The position numbers and the translations under genes were made by a program. This document shows, one piece after another, positions 30,064 to 38,052 of a DNA stretch of 64,000 nucleotides. Position 1 is the first letter of the stretch; every line of letters starts with the position of its first letter. The notes below the pieces were generated by a model that worked only from the letters and a program-made list of their open reading frames with translations, made no database searches and was not told the origin of the DNA. Origin of the DNA: Candidatus Sumerlaeaceae bacterium (GTDB lineage: Bacteria > Sumerlaeota > Sumerlaeia > Sumerlaeales > Sumerlaeaceae); the NCBI GenBank assembly GCA_051003195.1, contig JBPCLP010000039.1:64001-128000 (forward strand). Reading direction: 5' to 3'.

Positions 30064-31545
30064 CTACAGCCCCACGCAAACCGCCTTGGTTTCCGTATAC
30101 AGCTCCAGTACGTCATGGCCCATTTCGCGGCCCCAACCAGATTGCTTGTAGCCGCCAAATGGCAGCGCGGCATCGAACACGTTATAGCAGTTCACCCACA
30201 CCGTACCAGCGCGCAGTTTCGCCGCCAGCTTGTGCGCCTTCGAAATATCGCGAGTCCAGATCGCTCCAGCCAGGCCATACACTGTGTCGTTGGCCTGCTG
30301 GATAATCTCACTTGGATCGGAAAACGGAGTCGCTGTAACAACAGGTCCGAATATCTCCTCGCGGCACACCTGCATGTCGGGCTTTGTGTTCACGAACACC
30401 GTTGGCTGAACAAAATAGCCGCGGTCCCCGTGCCGCTTGCCGCCCACCAGCGCCTTCGCACCTTCGCGCGAGCCGCTTTCCAGGTATCCGCTCACGCGTT
30501 CAAACTGCTCCTGGCTCACCAGCGGACCCATCTCGGTGTCGGGATCCATTCCGCGACCCAGCTTGATTTTCTTCGCGTGCTCCGCCACGCCCTCTACTAC
30601 CTTGTCGAACGACTTCTTCTCAACAAACAGCCGCGACCCCGCGCAGCAGCACTGGCCATGATTAAAGAAAATGGCGTTCGCCGCCCCCGGAATCGCTGTC
30701 TCGAGATCGGCGTCGCCCAGGATAATATTCGGGGACTTGCCACCCAGTTCCAGCGAGACTTTCTTCAGGTTCCCCGCTGCCGCTTTCACAATCAGTTTGC
30801 CGACTTCCGTCGACCCCGTGAACGCACATTTGTCCACATCCGGATGCGCCGCCAGTGCCGCGCCTGCTGTCTCACCGAAGCCGGTCACAATATTTACCAC
30901 GCCGGGTGGAATCCCTGCCTCCTCCAGAAGCTCGCCCAGCAGCAGTGCACTCAGTGATGTCTGCTCGGCCGGCTTCAGCACCACCGTGCAACCCGTTGCC
31001 AGGGCTGGACCCAGCTTCCACGCCGCCATCAGCAGAGGGAAGTTCCATGGTATAATCTGCCCGACAACACCCACCGGCTCGCGCAGCGTGTACGCCAGGT
31101 AATTGCCGCCGATCGGAATCGTATTGCCCTCCAGCTTTGTCGCCCAGCCGGCCATATAACGGAACAGATCAACCGCCAGGGGCACATCAGCCACCCTTGC
31201 AACTGCCAGTGGCTTCCCGTTATCCAGCGATTCAATCTGCGCGAACTCCTCCAGCCGTTCCTCCAGCAAATCTGCCAGTTTCCAGATCGCACGCCCACGC
31301 TGGCTCGGCGTCATTTCCGGCCAGGCGCCACTTTCGAACGCCTTCCTCGCCGCCTTTACCGCGCGGTCGATGTCTTCCTTGTCGCCCTCCGCGACTCGCG
31401 CCAGCACCTCGCCCGTGGACGGATCCGGCGTTTCGAAGCTCCTGCCCGACGCCGCCTCCACCCACTTGCCGTTGATCAGCATCGGCCGCGTCTTCTCGAT
31501 AAATTTGCTTACCTGCGGATGCAACTGCTCCATTGTAGCGCTCAC
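30064..31545 (-). CDS. NAD-dependent aldehyde dehydrogenase
   Basis: IIPWNFP, KPAEQT, FTGSTEVG, LELGGKSP, catalytic Cys in GQCCCAG, EEIFGP, PFGGYKQSG. Confidence 0.95.
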   Translation of the reverse strand: MSATMEQLHPQVSKFIEKTRPMLINGKWVEAASGRSFETPDPSTGEVLARVAEGDKEDIDRAVKAARKAFESGAWPEMTPSQRGRAIWKLADLLEERLEEFAQIESLDNGKPLAVARVADVPLAVDLFRYMAGWATKLEGNTIPIGGNYLAYTLREPVGVVGQIIPWNFPLLMAAWKLGPALATGCTVVLKPAEQTSLSALLLGELLEEAGIPPGVVNIVTGFGETAGAALAAHPDVDKCAFTGSTEVGKLIVKAAAGNLKKVSLELGGKSPNIILGDADLETAIPGAANAIFFNHGQCCCAGSRLFVEKKSFDKVVEGVAEHAKKIKLGRGMDPDTEMGPLVSQEQFERVSGYLESGSREGAKALVGGKRHGDRGYFVQPTVFVNTKPDMQVCREEIFGPVVTATPFSDPSEIIQQANDTVYGLAGAIWTRDISKAHKLAAKLRAGTVWVNCYNVFDAALPFGGYKQSGWGREMGHDVLELYTETKAVCVGL

Positions 31546-31687
31546 GTCATACCTCCGAAAACCCGAAGAATTACTTCCTTAAAGAACCCCCGCTATCCAC
31601 ATTGAAAGCAATTTTTGCGCACGCTGGTAGAACGCCTGGCGAAAACCAATTGCAGCCGCGCAGCTCGCCGGCAGAAAAACAGCCATT

Positions 31688-32314
31688 ATGAGTGGCCAAC
31701 CTGCAAACGACGTGACCGATTGGCTGGCCGGCGTCGATATTTACCTCATCGACCAGCTTCTAAAAGGCCGCTTCCGCTACGGAGCGACCATTCTGGAAGC
31801 CGGTTGCGGCGGCGGTCGCAACCTGACATGGTTCCTGCGCAGCGGATTCGCGGTGCACGCGATCGACACATCCGCCGATGCGGTCGCGCAGCTACGCGGC
31901 GTCGCCACCCATCTCGCGCCGCATCTGCCGGCAGATAATTTCCGGGTCGAAGCGGCCGAGCAAATGTCTTTTGCCGACAGCTCATTTGATGTCGTGCTCT
32001 CGATTGCAGTCCTGCACTTCGCCAAAGATGAAGCGCGGTTCCACGCCATGCTTTCAGAAATGTGGCGCGTGCTGCGCCCCGGCGGAACCTTCTTCGCCCG
32101 GCTTGCATCCACGATCGGAATCGAGAACCTCGTTCAGCCTCTTGGCGGGCGACGATTCGCCGTACCTGACGGCAGTACCCGCTTCCTGGTCGACCTTGAA
32201 ATGCTCCTGCACCTCACGCGCGAACTAAACGCTGAACTCCTGGAGCCAATCAAAACCGTCAACGTACAGAACCTGCGCTGCATGACCACATGGGTGTGCC
32301 GCAAGGCCGGGTGA
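31688..32314 (+). CDS. Class I SAM-dependent methyltransferase
   Basis: ILEAGCGGGRN, FDVVLS.AVLHF, RVLRPGG. Confidence 0.85.
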   Translation: MSGQPANDVTDWLAGVDIYLIDQLLKGRFRYGATILEAGCGGGRNLTWFLRSGFAVHAIDTSADAVAQLRGVATHLAPHLPADNFRVEAAEQMSFADSSFDVVLSIAVLHFAKDEARFHAMLSEMWRVLRPGGTFFARLASTIGIENLVQPLGGRRFAVPDGSTRFLVDLEMLLHLTRELNAELLEPIKTVNVQNLRCMTTWVCRKAG

Positions 32315-32383
32315 GGGCGGCGTCCGGAACGTCGCGTTTTGCACCCTGCAGTGCAGGAGGTCCCTGCAAGCACCGGCCGGAGG

Positions 32384-33052
32384 CTATGGACCGAGCCGCG
32401 GTATATTGCCCGTTGAAATTGTCCCGTTTGTCGAATCGTATGGATTTGCCATCGGCGCATCCGATTCGGCGACCGTGCGCTTCAGATACTGATCTGGACC
32501 ACGGCTTTGCAGGTTCCATTTGGGGTTCCATGGGCCGATCGCACTGCGCTCATCCGCACTGCTACCCATTGTAATTCCCGTATAGTAATCAGCAGTAGTA
32601 TAAGTGGTACGCCAGTGGTAGCGCACGTGCAGGTCGGTGTTTTCATAAAAGGCGCGAGTCGCGTAATGATATTGCAGGTTTGTTGTGGCCTGTTCGCCCG
32701 GCAGGAATCGCCCAGGCCCGAAAGGGTCCCGTGGAATACTGGTGATGTAGGCGATCGGCGTCGTCATGCCGTATGCGTTGTAGCTCACGCCAGCAGTCGC
32801 AGAGCCAAGCCCGCGCGGCAATTGCCAGGTTGGAAAATCTGGCGCCGGGTAGGTATTGTGGTCCACTGCATAGGCTTCGATCGAAACCCCGACAGAGCGC
32901 ATGTCTGCCTTCGTACGGCTTACTTTGCTGCGCGTTTGCGCCTCGAGAAAGTTAGGTACTGCGATCGCCGCGAGAATGGCGATGATCGCCACCACAATCA
33001 AAAGCTCAATCAGAGTAAACCCGTTGCGCAATTTCCAGCACTGTTCATGCAC
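32384..33052 (-). CDS. Second prepilin-type protein (paralog of 3500-4162)
   Basis: GTG at 33052 with GGAGG RBS; NG|FTLIELLIVVAIIAILAAIAVPNFLEAQ; YDSTNGT tail. Confidence 0.88.
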   Translation of the reverse strand: MHEQCWKLRNGFTLIELLIVVAIIAILAAIAVPNFLEAQTRSKVSRTKADMRSVGVSIEAYAVDHNTYPAPDFPTWQLPRGLGSATAGVSYNAYGMTTPIAYITSIPRDPFGPGRFLPGEQATTNLQYHYATRAFYENTDLHVRYHWRTTYTTADYYTGITMGSSADERSAIGPWNPKWNLQSRGPDQYLKRTVAESDAPMANPYDSTNGTISTGNIPRLGP

Positions 33053-33277
33053 CTTGTAGTACCTCCGACCCATGCAGGGTTCCGCTGAACTGCATTCCGC
33101 TGCCACAATCAGGATAGCGGCAGCGACACAGACACTGTAAAGCAAATAGCACCAGCGCTACACTGCTACTGGTTCACTAGAAGTTTGCGCGCGTAAATGC
33201 CGATACAAATGCGCGCTTGTTGCACGCGCCTCGCACCCTGCAGCATCCCCCATACAGCCCCACGTTCGTCAGAAGCG

Positions 33278-34396
33278 TCAGCCTGGAGTTCTTGTTGTCG
33301 ATACGATCCGGCGTGTGCCAGCCGGGGCAGCGGTGGAATCACGGACGATCAGCGTGGTCGGTAATACGAGATTTCTCACAGGCGCCGAGTTGCCGGCGAA
33401 CTGGTGCATCAGCATCTGCGCTGCCGACTCGGCGATGTTCTGTCTCGGAAATGCTACCGTCGTGAGCGGCGGCACATGGTAGGCCGACCAGTCATCATCG
33501 TCAAAACCGGTCACAGAAATGTCCTGCGGCACTGACAGGTCATGCCGCCGGGCGGCTTCAATTGTGGCGCGAGCCAGCTTGTCACTGGCGCAAACAATCG
33601 CAGTGGGAGGTTTCGATCTTCCACCGGACAACACCTTCTCAAATGCCGTGAATGCACTTCTTTCAAATTGTTTGAAGTCGCACGGTACAATCCAGGGTTC
33701 ACGCGGCTTCATACCTGCAGCCTGCAGCGCCGAGCGAAAGCCCAGTTCCCTTGCATGCGTATCCGGCCATCCCGGTGTGCCACCAAAATAAGCGATGCGG
33801 TGATGCCCCAGCCCAATCAGGTGCATCACCGCCTGTCGCAGGCCTGCCTTGTTGTCGAACCCCACGGAATGAACTTTGCGGCTGCTCTCTTTTTTCTGAA
33901 GCTGCGTATAAAGAAGAACGATCGGCACGTTCAAACGCTGAAGCTCCAGCAGCGCCTGTGGCGACAAACGTTCCAGGTGAATCGCCAGTCCGCCGCACCT
34001 GCCTGACCGCACGAGTTTGGAAATCCACTCGATCGGCGCCGCATGCTCCGGGATAATCGATAGAGTCAGGTCGTACCCGCCCGATGTCAGCGTCTCGTAG
34101 AAAGCCGTAAACGTATCGCCGAGTAAATGGCTTGTGCGCCGTGCCAGCATAACCAGCGCAGCCGTGCTTACCTTCCCGGTCCTCAAAGCTCGCCCGAGCA
34201 CGTTGGGAGTGTAACCAAGCTCGTTCGCTGCCGCGAGGATCAGATCCCGCGTTTTAACCGAGACGGTATGCGGACGGTTATACACCCGCTGCACCGTAAA
34301 CACAGAGCAACCAGCCCTTTCCGCAACGTCCGCGGGGCCTGCGCTTTTTACCTCCGTCTTCCCGGTCTTCATGCGTGCCATAGGCGTCGGTTCCAT
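33278..34396 (-). CDS. LacI-family transcriptional regulator
   Basis: DVAERAGCS..TV.RV.N HTH, LGY.PN..GRAL, HL..LGH.RIA, DISVTGFDD, PPLTTV. Confidence 0.92.
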   Translation of the reverse strand: MEPTPMARMKTGKTEVKSAGPADVAERAGCSVFTVQRVYNRPHTVSVKTRDLILAAANELGYTPNVLGRALRTGKVSTAALVMLARRTSHLLGDTFTAFYETLTSGGYDLTLSIIPEHAAPIEWISKLVRSGRCGGLAIHLERLSPQALLELQRLNVPIVLLYTQLQKKESSRKVHSVGFDNKAGLRQAVMHLIGLGHHRIAYFGGTPGWPDTHARELGFRSALQAAGMKPREPWIVPCDFKQFERSAFTAFEKVLSGGRSKPPTAIVCASDKLARATIEAARRHDLSVPQDISVTGFDDDDWSAYHVPPLTTVAFPRQNIAESAAQMLMHQFAGNSAPVRNLVLPTTLIVRDSTAAPAGTRRIVSTTRTPG

Positions 34397-34476
34397 TGTA
34401 TCATAGTAAGTGCAAGTGCCACATCACCTCGGTCGAAAAGTAATGCGTTACGAAAAGATTTGACACCCGCGAATCG

Positions 34477-34529
34477 AATTGACCAACGTTGGTCAATTTC
34501 TCGGGGCAATTGAGAAATCGTCTCAATTG
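34477..34529. promoter_or_regulatory. Tandem palindromic operators between the LacI gene and the amidase gene
   Basis: Perfect 22-bp palindrome aattgaccaacgttggtcaatt (34477-34498) and caattgaga-aatcg-tctcaattg (34507-34529); TTGACA at 34460. Confidence 0.7.
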
Positions 34530-34618
34530 ACCCCTCGGACAACCGCGGCTTTACGTTTCGCCAAACGCGGCACGTGCCGCTCGCTTCGCCGTTATTTTAA
34601 CGGGAAAGGGTTCATCAC

Positions 34619-36805
34619 ATGATCTCATTCCGGGGCGCAGCAGCGCCTCTCATTTCTTTCTGCCTGATCCACTCACTGGCACCCGTGCCCTCTTTCGCGG
34701 CGGGAATTGCCCAGCAGCCCAATATCTGCACCCGCGGTTGCTGGGGAGCGGTCTATGCTCCCATCCAGACCGGCAGTCAGCCCGATCGCGCCATCCTTCA
34801 TCATACCGCAATCCAGAATGACTTCAATACCAACGGGATCGAAGACTCCAAGGCGAACGTTCGCGCCATTCAAAGCCTCCACATGAACTCCAACGGCTGG
34901 TCGGACATCGGCTATCACTTTCTCGTCGACAAGTTCGGCAATACTTTCGAAGGCCGCGCGGGCACCATGACAAACTGGGTGATCGGATCCCACAGTTACA
35001 TGGCGAACACCCGCTCGGTCGGCTTCAACATCATGGGATACTTCCATCCACCTTACAGCCAGGTGCCGACCGCGCCCATGCTGAGCGCCCTCGAGGACGT
35101 GATCGCCTGGTACATGCCTAATGGCTGGTCCGCTCACGGCAACCCCGGCTACGCGACAGGCGAGTTCGGAACGTCACCCCCGAATATCTGCGGCCATAAC
35201 GAGGTCAGCCAGACCGCCTGCCCCGGCGAAAACGTCGTCCCGCTGGAACCTGAAATTCGCAACCAGGTGCAGTTGCGCATCGATACCGGTTCCGGTGGAA
35301 ACGCCGGCCCCACGCTCAACCGCAAGCGCTACGGTCACACCGTTGGCTATAACGACGATGGTCGGCAGCAGCTCTATTTCATTGGCACAGACGGCAACCT
35401 CTACTCCCGCTGGCAGAACAACCTGAACTCGGGCCCGTGGACATGGGAAGGACACGGAAACCCGGGCGTTACACTGCGGCCCGGCGTTGCCACCAGTACC
35501 AACGAGGAGGGAACCCAACAGATCTTCGTCATCGGCACCAACGGCAATGTGTACTCAAAATACCAGACCATGGTCAATGCCGGCTGGTCCGGGTGGGAAG
35601 CGCATGGCAATCCGGGTGTTCTGTTGCAGGCCGGCATTGCGACCAGCGCCAATGCCGATGAACGCCAGCAGTTCTTTGCCGTCGGTACTGACGGGAATCT
35701 CTATTCGAAGTTCCAGACGACACTGAACGCGGGATGGTCGGCATGGGAAGCACACGGTAATGGCGGATCGCCTCTGCGTGGAACCCTCGACGCCGGCTGG
35801 AACCAGGACGGCCGCCAGCAGGTGTTTGCCACCGGGACCGACGGAAACCTCTACTCAAGGTACCAGGGAGTGCTCAACGCCGGGCCATGGTACTGGGAGC
35901 CGCACGGCAATCCCGGTGTGTCGCTCGCCGACGGAGTTACGGCAAACGCCAATGCCGACGGCCGACAGGAAATATTTGTCACCGGTACCAACGGGGTTAT
36001 GTATTCGCGGTGGCAGGGTGTTGCCAATGCGGGGCCGTGGTACTGGTCCGACCAGGGCAACGGCGGAGCGGCACTTTTGCCGCGCATCGCCGGCGGAGCC
36101 AACCAGGACGGGCGCCAGCAGGTTTTTGAGATCGGCAATAATGGGAGCCTCTACAGTAAATGGCAGGGCGCGGTCAATGCCGGCCCATGGTACTGGGAAG
36201 GCCACGGCAATCCGGGTGTCGGCCTCCAGGTCGGAACCGGGTGTGGCATCAACGGCGATGGCCGGCAGGAGCTGTTTGCAGTCGGAACCGATGGGAACGT
36301 TTATTCCAAGTGGCAGAACGCCCCGAACTCCGGCTGGTCCGCATGGGGAACGCATGGAAATCCCGGGGTCACGCTCGTCGGGATAAGTGCGGTTCCTCTT
36401 CCACCCGATGTCATCGTGGACAATTCCCAGGCTGGTTTCTCCGTCATTGGTAGCTGGGCGACGGGCACCTCGGCGGCGGACAAATACGGCGCCGACTACC
36501 GCTATCGTTCGGCATCCGCCGTCACGGAGCCAGCCACATGGGCGTACACGGCCGCACAAACCAGGAGCTACCAGGTCTACGCATGGTGGTCCCAGGGCAC
36601 GAACCGGTCCGCCAGCGCGCCCTACGACATCAGCACCGCAGGCGGAACCGTTCGAGTGAACAAGAACCAGCAGACAGGCGGCGGCTCATGGCAAAGCCTC
36701 GGCATCTTTAACATCAACGCGGGTGCCAACACCGTTAAACTCTCCTGCTGGACCACAACCGGGTACATTGTCCTGGCAGACGCAATCAAGGTCGTGGCGC
36801 GGTAG
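34619..36805 (+). CDS. Secreted N-acetylmuramoyl-L-alanine amidase (Amidase_2/PGRP-like) with a 7-bladed PLL-like lectin propeller and a golvesin/Xly-CBD-like C-terminal domain
   Basis: ILHHTA, GWSDIGYHF, GH, TACPG; seven 50-aa repeats; IVDN....FS..GSW...ADAIK. Confidence 0.85.
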   Translation: MISFRGAAAPLISFCLIHSLAPVPSFAAGIAQQPNICTRGCWGAVYAPIQTGSQPDRAILHHTAIQNDFNTNGIEDSKANVRAIQSLHMNSNGWSDIGYHFLVDKFGNTFEGRAGTMTNWVIGSHSYMANTRSVGFNIMGYFHPPYSQVPTAPMLSALEDVIAWYMPNGWSAHGNPGYATGEFGTSPPNICGHNEVSQTACPGENVVPLEPEIRNQVQLRIDTGSGGNAGPTLNRKRYGHTVGYNDDGRQQLYFIGTDGNLYSRWQNNLNSGPWTWEGHGNPGVTLRPGVATSTNEEGTQQIFVIGTNGNVYSKYQTMVNAGWSGWEAHGNPGVLLQAGIATSANADERQQFFAVGTDGNLYSKFQTTLNAGWSAWEAHGNGGSPLRGTLDAGWNQDGRQQVFATGTDGNLYSRYQGVLNAGPWYWEPHGNPGVSLADGVTANANADGRQEIFVTGTNGVMYSRWQGVANAGPWYWSDQGNGGAALLPRIAGGANQDGRQQVFEIGNNGSLYSKWQGAVNAGPWYWEGHGNPGVGLQVGTGCGINGDGRQELFAVGTDGNVYSKWQNAPNSGWSAWGTHGNPGVTLVGISAVPLPPDVIVDNSQAGFSVIGSWATGTSAADKYGADYRYRSASAVTEPATWAYTAAQTRSYQVYAWWSQGTNRSASAPYDISTAGGTVRVNKNQQTGGGSWQSLGIFNINAGANTVKLSCWTTTGYIVLADAIKVVAR
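35351..36375 (+). repeat. Seven intragenic 150-nt repeats (lectin propeller blades)
   Basis: N.DG(R)Q blade starts at 35351, 35501, 35651, 35801, 35951, 36101 and 36251. Confidence 0.9.
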
Positions 36806-36831
36806 AGGCGTAACCGATCTCGGCAAGAGAA

Positions 36832-36859
36832 AGTCCCCGGCGATCCTTTGCCGGGGACT
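36832..36859. terminator. Hairpin terminator between convergent genes
   Basis: agtccccggc/gccggggact 10-bp stem. Confidence 0.75.
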
Positions 36860-36937
36860 ATTGAAAAGTTCTGTATATTTACAGGGGCGGTCCGGTTCAA
36901 CCAAAACGCGAGCCGGGCTGGTGCCCTGATCGTATCG

Positions 36938-37738
36938 TCAAAACAGCGACCATTCTTCCACTCTGGCCGGCGAAGGATTGACTTCCGACCAGGTGTTGCT
37001 GACGCGAATGTCGTCGATTGACATGGTCATTCTTTGCGAGCTGCCCTGACGTATCGCGAACATGGTTGGGATTGTGTCGGCAGTCGTTTCACTCTGCTGC
37101 ACATTAGGAGCCGGAGGAACGGCGTTGCCGGTGGGTGGATTGAGCCACAGCTTGGCAATATCATTCCCTGTGCCGGGGACGAACTCGAGACCAAGAATAA
37201 CCTTGTAGACCGTTCCGGTTGTTAAGTCCGTCGTCAGATGTTCCACAGGTTGTGTGCCCCCGCCACGGTGGGTGCGAATGCCAAGCGTGTAGGTGCTGAC
37301 GATTGTGTCCGATTTGACATACATACGCAACGGCCAGACGCTCGTATCGACCATAAATGGAACGGTAGCCTCGGTTGCTGCGATAACGGCGGTTATGTCA
37401 TCCACTCGGAACAAAAAGGAGGCGTAAATCGTACTGCCATCCGTCGTGGTGAGTGCTCCCATGTTGCGGTTCACGTCTTCGCTGCTCGCGAAGCGATGAC
37501 CGAAAGATGCGCCAGCCGCACCGGTTAAGGGTGTTGCCCCCGGGTAGGTTAAGTTGGACGTGTTTTTTGCGGTAACAGGATTTAAAGTTGCGCCAGAGTG
37601 TGCGGTCCAGCCGTTGGCGGTGAGCGCGGTGTTATCGGTGTAGTTAAATCCGTCCGATAACGTGAGAGCGGCCATCGACGTAGACGTGATGGCGACCCCC
37701 GCTAAAGTAATGCAGGCGAGCCTGAAAATTGTGAACAT
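36938..37738 (-). CDS. Secreted protein with C-terminal ..RVEEWSLF motif
   Basis: GGAGG RBS, signal peptide (SMA-AL), beta-sandwich-like body ending IDDIRVS.TW. Confidence 0.8.
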   Translation of the reverse strand: MFTIFRLACITLAGVAITSTSMAALTLSDGFNYTDNTALTANGWTAHSGATLNPVTAKNTSNLTYPGATPLTGAAGASFGHRFASSEDVNRNMGALTTTDGSTIYASFLFRVDDITAVIAATEATVPFMVDTSVWPLRMYVKSDTIVSTYTLGIRTHRGGGTQPVEHLTTDLTTGTVYKVILGLEFVPGTGNDIAKLWLNPPTGNAVPPAPNVQQSETTADTIPTMFAIRQGSSQRMTMSIDDIRVSNTWSEVNPSPARVEEWSLF

Positions 37739-38052
37739 TGCCTTTGTTCCTCCGATGTCTTAGTCAGTTTGCTATTAACAATTGGTTGAGGGCACAACAA
37801 ATTCAACTAAAATCGGTCTAATTTGGGGTTTTAGGTACGGTGGGTAGCAATGCGCCGTACTTTCGGTGCGAGAAACCATGCTCGGGGAGATTCCTGACCC
37901 ACCAAAGAGAAACCCGTACCCCTCCGGGCGTGAAATCTACCATCAGCCACCCGCGCGTACGTTTGCGAAGTCCTTGACGAATACCGACCTCTAACGCCTC
38001 AGGATCATCAGGCGGCTGCGAGTTCGCGTCGCGATTAACGGAACAGGTGAAG

